A stretch of DNA of 64,000 nucleotides, taken from a virus. Its lineage: Duplodnaviria; Caudoviricetes. Positions 1-9,649 of the stretch are shown piece by piece. The stretch is taken from IMG/VR virus record IMGVR_UViG_3300028833_000071; one strand, 5' to 3'. How positions within the stretch are numbered: position 1 is the stretch's first letter; each line of letters begins with the position of its first letter. The notes under the pieces were generated by a model. The model saw only the letters and a list, made by a program, of their open reading frames with translations. It was not told the origin of the DNA and searched no databases. Both the position numbers and the translations under genes were made by a program.

Positions 1-1101
1 TGAATCACCGGCCCATGGTTTTTTTGTTCCTGTTGGAACACCTTTGTGCCAAGATTTACCGCTTTTAGAAGGTTCATCGTTAGAAAGTCCTGCTATCGGG
101 TCTTTATCTTGGTAATTGTCTGTATATCCAAGGTCTACCTCGAATAACACTTCTTTACTTTCTTTCATTGGCTTTCTTGTTTTTTTATTATTTCTTATTT
201 TGCCTTCCATTAATTCGTCTTCATCTTCAAAAGGTTGATAGGTGTCTTCTAAATCCTCGTCAGACAAGTCTTCATCAGGTCCACCTAATTCGTCAACAAA
301 GGCATCGTTTTCCCATCCGATATAATCACCATATTCGGTATCGTCAAGATAATCATTGTTATCAAATTCACCGAACTCGTTTTCATCTGAGTCTTCAGGG
401 AAACCCGCCATTTCGTCATCGTCTTCAACTTCAAAGATTGATTCATTTAAATCTTCGGGCATTTCCTCACCGTCCATTGGTTCAGATGCTACTTCAGGCT
501 CTTCACCTTCGTCACCTAAATCAATTACATATTCAGTGCCGGCATTATTGTCTTGAAGATTGATTGTGTTGCCTTCTTTTCTGATAACAACTTGGTCATC
601 ATCGTTCAAGAGTTTGTAAACCTTTACTACTGTGTCGTAGTCATTCTCACCCGTGAGGTCGTATGTATTACTGTTACCTACTTGATAATCTGAAAAATCT
701 TCCCAACCTTCTTCACCATTACCATCTTGAGCGTTCATTTCGCCATTATCTGGTACTTGCTCGGCTCCTTGTCCTTGTACTCCACCCATTTCAGGTTCTG
801 CTGTCTGTGGTTGATTCATTGCTTCATTACCACTTTCGTCATTACCATCCATATTGGGGTTTCCAACTTCATTTTCTGATTTCTTTGAGTTCTTTTTCTT
901 TTTACCTGAGGCTTTTTCATCTTCGTCTTGGATTTCGTAATCATCCTCATCTTCTTCATTGCAACTTTCTCTTAATGCATTCTTAACGGCTTCAGATAAA
1001 AGAGTTGATATGGAATTTTTACTTTCCTCTTTTAATGCAGCAGTTATTGCGTCCATTTCTAAAAGTGCTTGAGAAGCTATGTTTTTATTCTTAGTGCTCA
1101 T
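1..1101 (-). CDS. Acidic prohead core/scaffold-like protein (runs off window start; absent from ORF track)
   Basis: ATG at 1101; the parts translated by hand are in one frame (MSTKNKNIASQALLEMDAITAALKEESKN...EVDLGYTDNYQDKDPIAGL...); D/E-rich; directly downstream of the prohead protease; CTATTTAT motif at 1134-1141. Confidence 0.7.
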   Translation of the reverse strand, partial: MSTKNKNIASQALLEMDAITAALKEESKNSISTLLSEAVKNALRESCNEEDEDDYEIQDEDEKASGKKKKNSKKSENEVGNPNMDGNDESGNEAMNQPQTAEPEMGGVQGQGAEQVPDNGEMNAQDGNGEEGWEDFSDYQVGNSNTYDLTGENDYDTVVKVYKLLNDDDQVVIRKEGNTINLQDNNAGTEYVIDLGDEGEEPEVASEPMDGEEMPEDLNESIFEVEDDDEMAGFPEDSDENEFGEFDNNDYLDDTEYGDYIGWENDAFVDELGGPDEDLSDEDLEDTYQPFEDEDELMEGKIRNNKKTRKPMKESKEVLFEVDLGYTDNYQDKDPIAGLSNDEPSKSGKSWHKGVPTGTKKPWAGDS

Positions 1102-1193
1102 TTAATCAGCAATTTTAATTATTATTTTTAAAAATAAATAGTATATATTTTGAAAAAAGTTAAATAAAGATAATAATTTTATTGATTATTTCC

Positions 1194-1910
1194 TTATTTT
1201 ATTAGCCATTTATCAAAAATTTCGAGTTTTTCTATAATTTGGTTCTTATTTTCTTTTGAAGTGTTGTTTTCAACATATTGTTGCGGAATTTTATCTTCTG
1301 GTGTTATCCATGCATTGGGGGTCGATGGGTCTGATACTACATCCCAACAAACAATTTCATAGTCATCTGAAACATATAAAACACCCATTTTATTGGTTAC
1401 AGTTCCAAGACCTCTTGAAGAAACACCGACTTTAATACCTTGCAAAATGAGATTTGCCACTTGGTCGCCTTGACAAGTAATCATACCATATTTCCTAAAT
1501 CCTGGGCTTGTTATGATTTCAAGTTTTCCTACTAATGTATGACCTTCCCAATGTAATTCTATTATATTAATTGCAACTCTTGATAGGTCTATTACGGATT
1601 CGCTTGGGTGATTACATTCACCTATAGCTCTTTTTTCCACAATTTTTTCCATGTATTTTTGTACCTCACGTTTTAATACATCTTCAGGATATATTCTTCC
1701 GTTTGCGTTTTCTATACCGAATTTTTGGAATACGGCTGAAACAACTAACGGGTATGGGCAATGAAAATCATCATTAATTTTACCTGTACTTATATCTTCA
1801 AAAAGTTTTTTATTTTCTCCTATTTCAGGGGAAATATAGCCATCGTGTTCGATAAGTAAACCAGTACCTGTTTCACCTTTTTTAATTTCAACTAAAGTAT
1901 TTTTTTCCAT
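1194..1910 (-). CDS. Prohead core protein protease (T4 gp21-like)
   Basis: Motifs NANGRIYP, GECNHP, VSSRGLG, WDVVSDPSTPNA typical of gp21-like proteases. Confidence 0.92.
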   Translation of the reverse strand: MEKNTLVEIKKGETGTGLLIEHDGYISPEIGENKKLFEDISTGKINDDFHCPYPLVVSAVFQKFGIENANGRIYPEDVLKREVQKYMEKIVEKRAIGECNHPSESVIDLSRVAINIIELHWEGHTLVGKLEIITSPGFRKYGMITCQGDQVANLILQGIKVGVSSRGLGTVTNKMGVLYVSDDYEIVCWDVVSDPSTPNAWITPEDKIPQQYVENNTSKENKNQIIEKLEIFDKWLIK

Positions 1911-1925
1911 TTTAATATAAATTGG

Positions 1926-3704
1926 TTATAATTCGTCTTCATTAATGAATTCGTCAATTATTATTGATTTATCTAATTTCATTTTATTCATTTTATCTGT
2001 GAATTTGTCGTATTCAATATCTTTTTTGGACTTTGAACATATTTTTGCCATTATTTGTTTTCCTTTTTTAGTTTTTGCCAAAACTTCTTTCATCAAGAAA
2101 TTAAATTTATCAACATCGAGGCAAGATATTCTTTTTAATAAATAGGGCAAATCTGTTAAAGTTATGTCGTTAAATGATTTTGAAACAATTTCCCATAATA
2201 TCGGACCCAATCTCATATCCCATGGTTCGGCTTTAATGAAATCAGATTTACCTATTACAATTTCAGCCAATTTTCTGTTATCAGGTAATCCATGTGATAT
2301 AAACAATTGCATAAGTCCGTTTAATGTCTCACTAAGCAATACAGGGAATATTTCCCCTTGTGCCGTTATTCTTACTTGTCTATCAGGGCCTCCTAACTCA
2401 ACATTTACAGTACCTATTAATTTATTGTCTTTATCATTGATACCAATGTCTTCTTTTGTGAAAAGCAAATAATTGTTAAGGGCAATAATCTTTTTATATA
2501 AGTCGCATAATTCAGGCGACAATTTATAAATACTGTCAAAATAAGAGTCAATATCGGAAGATAATATAATAGATTCACCCATACATAAGGCATTTAACAA
2601 TCTTCGTTTATATACTTCACCATATATGTTTGAAGCCATTTCAATATCGTCAAATTGGAAATCATCGTCGCCGTCAATAGGGTCTATAATTATTGATTTT
2701 GCAGCTAAATCAATTTTATCGGCTAATGAAACATTTATTTGGACCGAATCTTCTGGAATGTTGAATGTGTCAATAACATAATTAAGGCATAAATTTTCAA
2801 GTTCATTTCTGAAAGGTCTTTCTATTTTTTTGCACTTGTTGATTAGTTTTGATAACATGGTATCAATTTTGGTGTCTTCAAAATCATCAATTTTGCCAAT
2901 TTCAGAAAGTGTTTCTTTAATGCTATTAAGCCTGTTATTTGTGATTTTCAATAAAAATGGCACATCAAATATGTCGGGTATTGCGGGATTGTTACCCAAA
3001 GAAGTTGTATGATTGAGCAATGACATTTTAATATCATCGGGCAAATCGTTTATAAGGATATTTTCGTTTAACATTTTTTTGCTTGTTTTTTTATTCTCGT
3101 CTGATTGATATCTTAATAATTTATATGGTAGGTAACCACCATATTCAGCATATTTATCAGAATCTATGGAAGCATTTTTCTTTTTTTCCTGTATTCTATA
3201 AGCATTAGCAACATCGTCAAGTGATGACATTCCTTTTGAAATATATTCCTGCACAGGGATTGAATAAATATAGAAACCGTCATTACTACCGAATGGTGAC
3301 CATTTTCTTAGTGTTTCATTCATAGTTCCTTCAAACAGTAATTTAATGCCGTTTATTTTCAATAGTTGAATCATTTTTTCAAATACTTGATTCGACATAT
3401 ATGTTCTTGGGGCATCTTCGGCCCATACTGTCATAAGTACATCTCCATCAGCGAACCAAATTCTGCCACATAATGTATCACTGCGTTTTGAAGGTATCTT
3501 AAAATCATAAAACATTTCGTTATGCGCTTGTCCACCTTTTCCTGTAATAACTTTTTCTTCTCCATATTCGTCAAAATAGCAAACAAAAGGATATGAATTG
3601 GGATTTTCATAATCCATTTCTATATTCCAAAACGGTAGTGACAAGTCATCACATACAGCGATAAATTTTCCGTTATAATCTTTCGAATAAAATCTTTCAA
3701 TCAT
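1926..3704 (-). CDS. Conserved jumbo-phage head-region protein, two-part
   Basis: Long ORF; likely start MIERF at 3704 just after the CTATTTAT motif; internal MLNE junction; C-terminal KRRLLNAL...EPWDMRLGP region. Confidence 0.6.
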   Translation of the reverse strand: MIERFYSKDYNGKFIAVCDDLSLPFWNIEMDYENPNSYPFVCYFDEYGEEKVITGKGGQAHNEMFYDFKIPSKRSDTLCGRIWFADGDVLMTVWAEDAPRTYMSNQVFEKMIQLLKINGIKLLFEGTMNETLRKWSPFGSNDGFYIYSIPVQEYISKGMSSLDDVANAYRIQEKKKNASIDSDKYAEYGGYLPYKLLRYQSDENKKTSKKMLNENILINDLPDDIKMSLLNHTTSLGNNPAIPDIFDVPFLLKITNNRLNSIKETLSEIGKIDDFEDTKIDTMLSKLINKCKKIERPFRNELENLCLNYVIDTFNIPEDSVQINVSLADKIDLAAKSIIIDPIDGDDDFQFDDIEMASNIYGEVYKRRLLNALCMGESIILSSDIDSYFDSIYKLSPELCDLYKKIIALNNYLLFTKEDIGINDKDNKLIGTVNVELGGPDRQVRITAQGEIFPVLLSETLNGLMQLFISHGLPDNRKLAEIVIGKSDFIKAEPWDMRLGPILWEIVSKSFNDITLTDLPYLLKRISCLDVDKFNFLMKEVLAKTKKGKQIMAKICSKSKKDIEYDKFTDKMNKMKLDKSIIIDEFINEDEL

Positions 3705-3814
3705 TTTAAATTGTATATCAATAATAAATAGTTTGATATTCAATAAAAAAAGCACATCTTTTAGATGTGCCTTGTGTTAAATGGTATATAATTGCCAAAA
3801 AAAACAATAGTTGG

Positions 3815-4426
3815 CTATTTTTCTAATGGTTTCCAATTTCTTTTTGCCATTTTTGCAAAATTTGCCCTTTTTCTTGTTAAAGGATTTTTTGAATGGGTTA
3901 ATTCTTCTGTTGATTTTCCTGTCCTTTTCTTTGTTGCATTGAATTTGCCTTTATTTTTGGGGTCAATTTCAATTTTGTTTTCTTCTTCATTGAAATTTTC
4001 TTGTAATTCCTTTTTTGTCATTTTATGACTTTCATGGATTTTTTTAAGACGGGCTTCTTCTATTTGGCGCTTTGAAAAACATTTATGTTCAGATATGCCA
4101 TCACCTGATACATCAATATCACCAGGAACATCAGGATTAACTTGTTGTTGTATGGCCTGTTGTATGTTCTCCCCTCTTCCAACATTTACATGTTGTGTCG
4201 GGGCTGAATCATTTGACCCGTTGGCATTTTGGTTTGAAATATGTAAATCAACATCACCGTATTTGCTTGCACTGTTAATTTCGGGTTGATTTTGTGTAAC
4301 AGCGTTTGTTATAGCAGGAATCGTGTTACCGGTTGTATTTATTTGGACGGTTGTGGTTGTTTCTTTTAAAACCTCATTCAACTGTTCTCTTGTCAATATA
4401 ATTCTTTTAATATTATTTTTTCCCAT
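3815..4426 (-). CDS. Putative virion/internal head protein with N-terminal IILTREQLNEVLKE peptide
   Basis: ORF in the head operon; several (I/L)xE sites; basic C-terminus (RKRANFAKMAKRNW). Confidence 0.6.
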   Translation of the reverse strand: MGKNNIKRIILTREQLNEVLKETTTTVQINTTGNTIPAITNAVTQNQPEINSASKYGDVDLHISNQNANGSNDSAPTQHVNVGRGENIQQAIQQQVNPDVPGDIDVSGDGISEHKCFSKRQIEEARLKKIHESHKMTKKELQENFNEEENKIEIDPKNKGKFNATKKRTGKSTEELTHSKNPLTRKRANFAKMAKRNWKPLEK

Positions 4427-4453
4427 ATCAAGTAGTTTTTCCAATATTCTTTA

Positions 4454-5002
4454 TTAATTCATAAATTTAGGGTTGCTAAATGGTGAATTATTTGTTTTTG
4501 ATTGTTTTTTTGGTAATTCTTTTCTGTTATTTTTATTCATTAATTCATCTTGTGTTGGCCCGAAATTTTCTTGAATTTTATTTATTTGTTTTTTTGTAAA
4601 GATAACTTGTTCCATCATGGGTTGCTCTTCTCCACCATTTTGTTGAGTTTCGTCTCTGCTTAACATACTTTCAGCATATGACCTTACAGCCTCTTTATCT
4701 TTGTCTGATAGTTTGTTAATTATTGATAATGTGTCGTCACCACCACCCATATTGGGGTCTTCATCACCCATAGGGCCACCTATATTGGGGTCTTCGCCGC
4801 CCATTGGCCCACCTGCATTTGGGTCATTACCCATATCACCCATAGGGCCACCCATATTAGGGTCTTCACCGCCCATTGGCCCGCCTGCATTTGGGTCATT
4901 ATCCGTTGGCATATTCATATTAGGGTCTTGAGACAAAGAAGCATCATCTACTGACGGTTCTTGCATATTATTTGCCGTAGATGATGCTTTATTTAATTTC
5001 AA
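4454..5002 (-). CDS. Gly/Pro/Met-rich head-region ORF; probable -1 frameshift extension of 5032..6714
   Basis: Only a TTG start near the 5' end; the frame stays open back to the A9 run at 5041-5049; DPNxGGPMG repeats. Confidence 0.6.
   Translation of the reverse strand: MKLNKASSTANNMQEPSVDDASLSQDPNMNMPTDNDPNAGGPMGGEDPNMGGPMGDMGNDPNAGGPMGGEDPNIGGPMGDEDPNMGGGDDTLSIINKLSDKDKEAVRSYAESMLSRDETQQNGGEEQPMMEQVIFTKKQINKIQENFGPTQDELMNKNNRKELPKKQSKTNNSPFSNPKFMN
4745..4900 (-). repeat. Imperfect tandem coding repeat (DPNAGGPMGGEDPNxGGPMGD), about 60-bp unit
   Basis: Repeated cccattggccc(a/g)cctgcatttgggtcatt blocks. Confidence 0.8.
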
Positions 5003-5031
5003 AAAGGTTTTTTCGCTTAATGAATTTTCAT

Positions 5032-6714
5032 TCAGTCCACTTTTTTTTTATTTGCACCTTCAATCGGTATACCTTTTTTTAATTGATACATAACATCTTT
5101 TGTGACATTATTAACCAATTCAGTAAATGGGTCACCATTGCCTATTTTGCTTCCAAAAGGCTCTTCGTTGTGGACACTTTCGTCATTCCAGTCTCTACCC
5201 CATTGATTTTGGTCTTCACCTGTTGTAGGTAATTCCATGGGTTTTTTTCTGTAACCGGGGTGTTTTCCGAAAACATGTAATTCATCCTCATTAAGAAATT
5301 GATTAACAACCGATTCAACAATACGATTCATTTTTGCCCTTTTTGATTCCATCATTTGTTGTGGTATTTCACCGCATTCTTCAATTTCGTCAAAGCCTTC
5401 TTCACCATCATTTTCGTCAAAATCATCCTCTTCAAAATCTTCTTCCTCGAAATTTTCATCTTCATTATTATCAAGTTGTGCTTTCAAAGTTTCTATTTCG
5501 GCTTTCAAAGAATCAATTTCACTTCTTAAATCTTCATCTTCTGTTTCATTATCCATTTCAAGGTCGAAATCAGCATTGATTGAATCTTCATCTTCGGTAT
5601 CGAAATCGTCATTATTTAAATCGAAATCTTCTTCAGTTTCATCTTCGTCATTAAAGGTTTCATCTTCGCCGTCAAATTCAGCATCGACAGTATCTTCTTC
5701 TGTTGAATCTAATTCATCAGTGTTGTCACCATCAATGGTTTCTTCCTCATCATCAATTGAGAAAGTATCTTCCTCTTCCTCGTTTATTGAATTGTTAAAT
5801 GGGTCATTGTTGTGGTCAGTATCGGCTTCACCAACGCCAGCTGCATTTGGTAAACCTTCGTCCCATTCATTTGTCTCTTCGTTTACTGTTTCTTGGTCAT
5901 CCATGTCCCAACCAATTTGCTCTGGGTTTCTACCTTTATTTATTCCCTCAGTTCCCCAGTTTCTTGTATTTGGCAATAGTGGAGCATCACCGATATCACC
6001 GGCTTCTTCATTGCAATTTCCTTGGCATTCACATGGATTTTTACCGCATTTTCCACAGCAAGCGCCTTCATTCATTCTTTCAGTAAATGGATTACCTGTT
6101 TTGTCAGCGTGTGGTTTGTTACCATTAAAGCCTTTAACTTTATCTTGGTCAACAACTTTTGCGTCAGTTCCATCATTGATTGTATTTCCGTTTTTCTTTG
6201 GCGTTTCGGGATTTTTGCCGTCATATTTAACAACATTATTTTTATTTGAAGCACCAATTTCGTTTGCTTCGTTCATAATCATTGATGCATTGGACATAAT
6301 TTGTCTTTGACGTGCAATTTCATCTTTCATATTTTTAGTACATTCAACCAAATACTCTTCTTTTCTAAATGGGTCTAAAGTTGAAATATTTACAGTGCCA
6401 TTGTGTGCTTCATTAATCGAGGCCATTTTAAGTTCGAAATTCTTCAAAGCATTGGCATAACTTGTATATTCATAGTCACGTTTATTGCAAAAACCACCAA
6501 GATAGTCATATGCTTCAGCAACCATTTCTTTGTCTTTTGGTGCTGATTTAATGTAATACTTGCTGCATTCTTTTATAATACCATAACTTTTACCATCGGC
6601 TGCAATTGCATGATGTTCCAAAGTGTGAGCTTTAATATCATTGCTTTCGTTTAACTCTTTACCATAAGTGTAAAGGCCTTTCATTCTAGCAATCGTCTCT
6701 TCAAAATTTGACAT
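5032..6714 (-). CDS. Large acidic head-region (core/internal) protein
   Basis: 560 aa; long D/E tract plus short coiled coil; many (L/I/M/V)NE sites; CTATTTAT motif at 6757-6764. Confidence 0.7.
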   Translation of the reverse strand: MSNFEETIARMKGLYTYGKELNESNDIKAHTLEHHAIAADGKSYGIIKECSKYYIKSAPKDKEMVAEAYDYLGGFCNKRDYEYTSYANALKNFELKMASINEAHNGTVNISTLDPFRKEEYLVECTKNMKDEIARQRQIMSNASMIMNEANEIGASNKNNVVKYDGKNPETPKKNGNTINDGTDAKVVDQDKVKGFNGNKPHADKTGNPFTERMNEGACCGKCGKNPCECQGNCNEEAGDIGDAPLLPNTRNWGTEGINKGRNPEQIGWDMDDQETVNEETNEWDEGLPNAAGVGEADTDHNNDPFNNSINEEEEDTFSIDDEEETIDGDNTDELDSTEEDTVDAEFDGEDETFNDEDETEEDFDLNNDDFDTEDEDSINADFDLEMDNETEDEDLRSEIDSLKAEIETLKAQLDNNEDENFEEEDFEEDDFDENDGEEGFDEIEECGEIPQQMMESKRAKMNRIVESVVNQFLNEDELHVFGKHPGYRKKPMELPTTGEDQNQWGRDWNDESVHNEEPFGSKIGNGDPFTELVNNVTKDVMYQLKKGIPIEGANKKKVD

Positions 6715-6781
6715 ATTATTTCTTCTTTTTACTTATTATTTTCTTTTTTTTTTCTTATAAATAGCATTAAAAATAAAAAAA

Positions 6782-8371
6782 TTAAGGTAAACTGTTTAAA
6801 TTATCATATGTTTTGGAATTTAATTGCCATAATTTATCCAAATATCCAAGTCTGCGCAATGATTTATAGATTATATTACCATTTGATATTTCAGATTTAC
6901 CTTTATTTAATCCGCTTTTTCTTTCATTTTTGATAACATCCCATAATTTATCTGCTTTATCGGCAATAATTTCAATTTTATGGTTATCGTTTTTATATCT
7001 ATTATATAAATCAATAAGTTCATCAATATTATCAATATATTTTGCAACTTTTGATTTAATTAAATGTTTGTTTACTTTTGATTTTGCTAATTTATCTCTT
7101 TTTGGCTCAGTAAGCCATTCGTTTTTATCCAACGAATAAACACCGCTTGAGGCATGTGCTTCATTTGTGTCTTGCACATAAACTTCAACTGGGAAACCAT
7201 ATATATTCAAATCTTTATGCTCTTCATTCCAAATATTTTTTAATGAATCAAAGTATTTTTTAACAAATTCCGTTTTTTCATCAACTTTGGAATAATCAAT
7301 CAAAACATGTAAATCAATGTCTGAATATTTTTTATGCCAATTATAATTAGCCAAAGAGCCTGTGATTATAACATCATCAGGTTCAACCCAGTCAACGCCC
7401 AAGAAATCAATAAAATCATCGGCAATATCCATGAGTTTCAATCTAATTCTTGAATCAAGCAAATTGTTTTTCCAAAATTTAGGATTAAGTTCATGTTTTA
7501 TATTAAATGAGGATAAATCAACATCCTCAGGGTCTGTTTCGTCTATTATATTTGTTTCTTTTATGGCCTGTTCATTTAGCGTAAATTTTACTGTGCCATA
7601 ATATTTACCACATTTTGAACATTTATAAACAGGCTCACCACAGATATAAGTTCCTATTTTTCCACCACAATCGCAATAATCGGGGACAATTTCACCTTCT
7701 TCATTTTCTATTTCTTTGTTTTTTGATTCTTGCAATACATCTTTGTCTTTTGAATTTTCGTATTCGGTCCATTTTCTGAAATAGATATTACCTTTAAGAT
7801 ATGCCTCTGCTTCAATTTTCTCAAGTTCTTTATTATCTTTAACATCATCTTCTGAAGTAAAATTAAGATTTATACCTTCCAAATTTTGCATGTGGTGAAT
7901 CATTTCATGGGCAAATGAGCGTAAAATATCTTTAATATGTCTGTCATTGCAGAATATGGTGACTGATTTTTCTTCGGGTGAATAAAAGCCTGTGCGTATA
8001 AATAATCCTTCTTGTTCAGACCAATCAAGATTTAAATCCGGATAAGGGAAAACATTAAGCCCATCTTCTTTCATAAAATTCTCAATTTCATGGCAGTATT
8101 TTCTAATATCTTTTTCACTGTCTTTGTTATTTTCATTAATATGATAATAGGGGTTTAAATCCATGGATTTTTCAGGACCAAGCATAAAAGTATCAGAATT
8201 ATCAGATTCAGTGTTTTCTTCCATAGCACCACAACCTGTTATAGCGTCCATTATTCCTGCATTCACTTTTTTATGAACTTGGTCTTGCGCTGCGGGTATT
8301 TTTTTTTCAGACAACCTTTCAAAATCTTTGATTTTACCTATTTGCTCTTCTGTTATATATATCGTTTTCAT
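6782..8371 (-). CDS. Multidomain protein: zincin-like metallopeptidase + Zn ribbon + Pol-beta-type nucleotidyltransferase
   Basis: FAHEMIHH...EAEAY; CDCGG...CSKCG; ITGSLANYNW...SDIDLH...VEVY; N-terminal IYITEEQ peptide. Confidence 0.75.
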   Translation of the reverse strand: MKTIYITEEQIGKIKDFERLSEKKIPAAQDQVHKKVNAGIMDAITGCGAMEENTESDNSDTFMLGPEKSMDLNPYYHINENNKDSEKDIRKYCHEIENFMKEDGLNVFPYPDLNLDWSEQEGLFIRTGFYSPEEKSVTIFCNDRHIKDILRSFAHEMIHHMQNLEGINLNFTSEDDVKDNKELEKIEAEAYLKGNIYFRKWTEYENSKDKDVLQESKNKEIENEEGEIVPDYCDCGGKIGTYICGEPVYKCSKCGKYYGTVKFTLNEQAIKETNIIDETDPEDVDLSSFNIKHELNPKFWKNNLLDSRIRLKLMDIADDFIDFLGVDWVEPDDVIITGSLANYNWHKKYSDIDLHVLIDYSKVDEKTEFVKKYFDSLKNIWNEEHKDLNIYGFPVEVYVQDTNEAHASSGVYSLDKNEWLTEPKRDKLAKSKVNKHLIKSKVAKYIDNIDELIDLYNRYKNDNHKIEIIADKADKLWDVIKNERKSGLNKGKSEISNGNIIYKSLRRLGYLDKLWQLNSKTYDNLNSLP

Positions 8372-8475
8372 TATTTAAAAAGAAATTATCATTTATAAAT
8401 AGAATGGTTCAAAAAAAAAGTCAGCCATTTCTGACTGACTTTATACTTTAACACTTACTTTATTTAACATTCGGT

Positions 8476-8700
8476 TTAGCCGTTATTTTCGACCTTTTCT
8501 TCTTGCAATGCAACAACATCAATAACTTCTAAAGCATCACTACCTTTAGCATTAAAACCGAAGCATTTGACATTGACATCACTTGTGCCAGTGGTTTTTA
8601 CACCTTCAATTTCCATCAATTTAGGCATAAGGCCGTCAAATTTAGTACCTTCAATAAAATCGTATTGATTTAATTCATGATTTATAGGATAATTTTCCAT
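8476..8700 (-). CDS. Small hypothetical protein (late motif upstream)
   Basis: 74-aa ORF with CTATTTAT at 8733-8740 and a hairpin downstream (about 8412-8442). Confidence 0.55.
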   Translation of the reverse strand: MENYPINHELNQYDFIEGTKFDGLMPKLMEIEGVKTTGTSDVNVKCFGFNAKGSDALEVIDVVALQEEKVENNG

Positions 8701-8810
8701 TTCTGATATTTTTTTATTGTTATTATTTAATAATAAATAGTTTGGAAAAACAAAAAAAAGTCAGTTTTTATTTAACTGACTTTGTGTTATTTACCTTAAA
8801 AACTTAAAAA

Positions 8811-9527
8811 TCATTTCAATAAATATCTTCTTAAAATATTAGACCCTGTTCCTGATATTTTGGTATTGTCTCTTACAAAAGCAATATCTTTAGAAGAAGC
8901 CATTGTCATTGCAGCATCACGTTCTTCATCGCTTGTAAAGCCACCTTTAGTTTTCGTTATTTTTTCATTTTTATTTCTTGGGGTTTCAAACATATGATAA
9001 ACGGTTATCCTATCAGGGTCAATCAATAAAGAATCAATTAAATAATTTTGGGTCATAATATCAACGCCATGGTAATCACCAATAACAAATTTTGCCTCAG
9101 GATTTTCATATAAAGCGTAATCAATGGCTAATTTATAGTTCATTTCAAATTCTTCTTCGGTTATATCTCTATGGCCAGATATAAAATAGGTGTTGGCTAT
9201 GTCACAATCGTCTTCAATAAATTTATCAAATTCGGCTTTTAATGCATTCATATCAGCTTCACCTATTTTTTCATAATCATATTTTCCCTTGATTACTTTA
9301 TTTAATGTTTTGCCGACAGAAGCCTCTGTGCCACCGTTTATTAAAATCAAATAATCTTCAAATCTAACACCTTTATATATATACTTTTGTCCATTTTTGA
9401 AAACAATGAACAAATTTCCGCTATTTTCATTTTCATTTTCAACCATTTCGCTGTAATAAATCATTGAAGAATCATACCAAATTTTTTGGGTTTTTGTTTT
9501 TTCGTCATAAATCTTTTTAAGTATCAT
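8811..9527 (-). CDS. KTSC-like domain fused to SLOG (YspA/DprA-like) domain
   Basis: DSSMI...LFIVFKNGQKYIYKGV (KTSC-like); FISGHRD...GDYHGVD...RDAAM...SGTGSN (SLOG-like). Confidence 0.6.
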   Translation of the reverse strand: MILKKIYDEKTKTQKIWYDSSMIYYSEMVENENENSGNLFIVFKNGQKYIYKGVRFEDYLILINGGTEASVGKTLNKVIKGKYDYEKIGEADMNALKAEFDKFIEDDCDIANTYFISGHRDITEEEFEMNYKLAIDYALYENPEAKFVIGDYHGVDIMTQNYLIDSLLIDPDRITVYHMFETPRNKNEKITKTKGGFTSDEERDAAMTMASSKDIAFVRDNTKISGTGSNILRRYLLK

Positions 9528-9649
9528 GTTCTAATTTTTAAATAAAAATAACTTTTTCTATAAAAAAGTCAAAAGATTTGTTTCATATTTTTTCTTTTTG
9601 TATGTTAGGGATAACGAATTTATAATTTAACATATATCAAATTTAGAAT

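Noticed and set aside
168-986. Plus-strand ORFs in the track (168..563, 356..556, 663..986) and similar Ser-rich ones such as 5576..6310 and 10123..10737
   Set aside because: Antisense shadows of real genes on the opposite strand.
3772-3796. dif/XerD site (TTGTGTTAAAT)
   Set aside because: No XerC arm at the right spacing, and the other copies of the 25-bp element diverge in this part.
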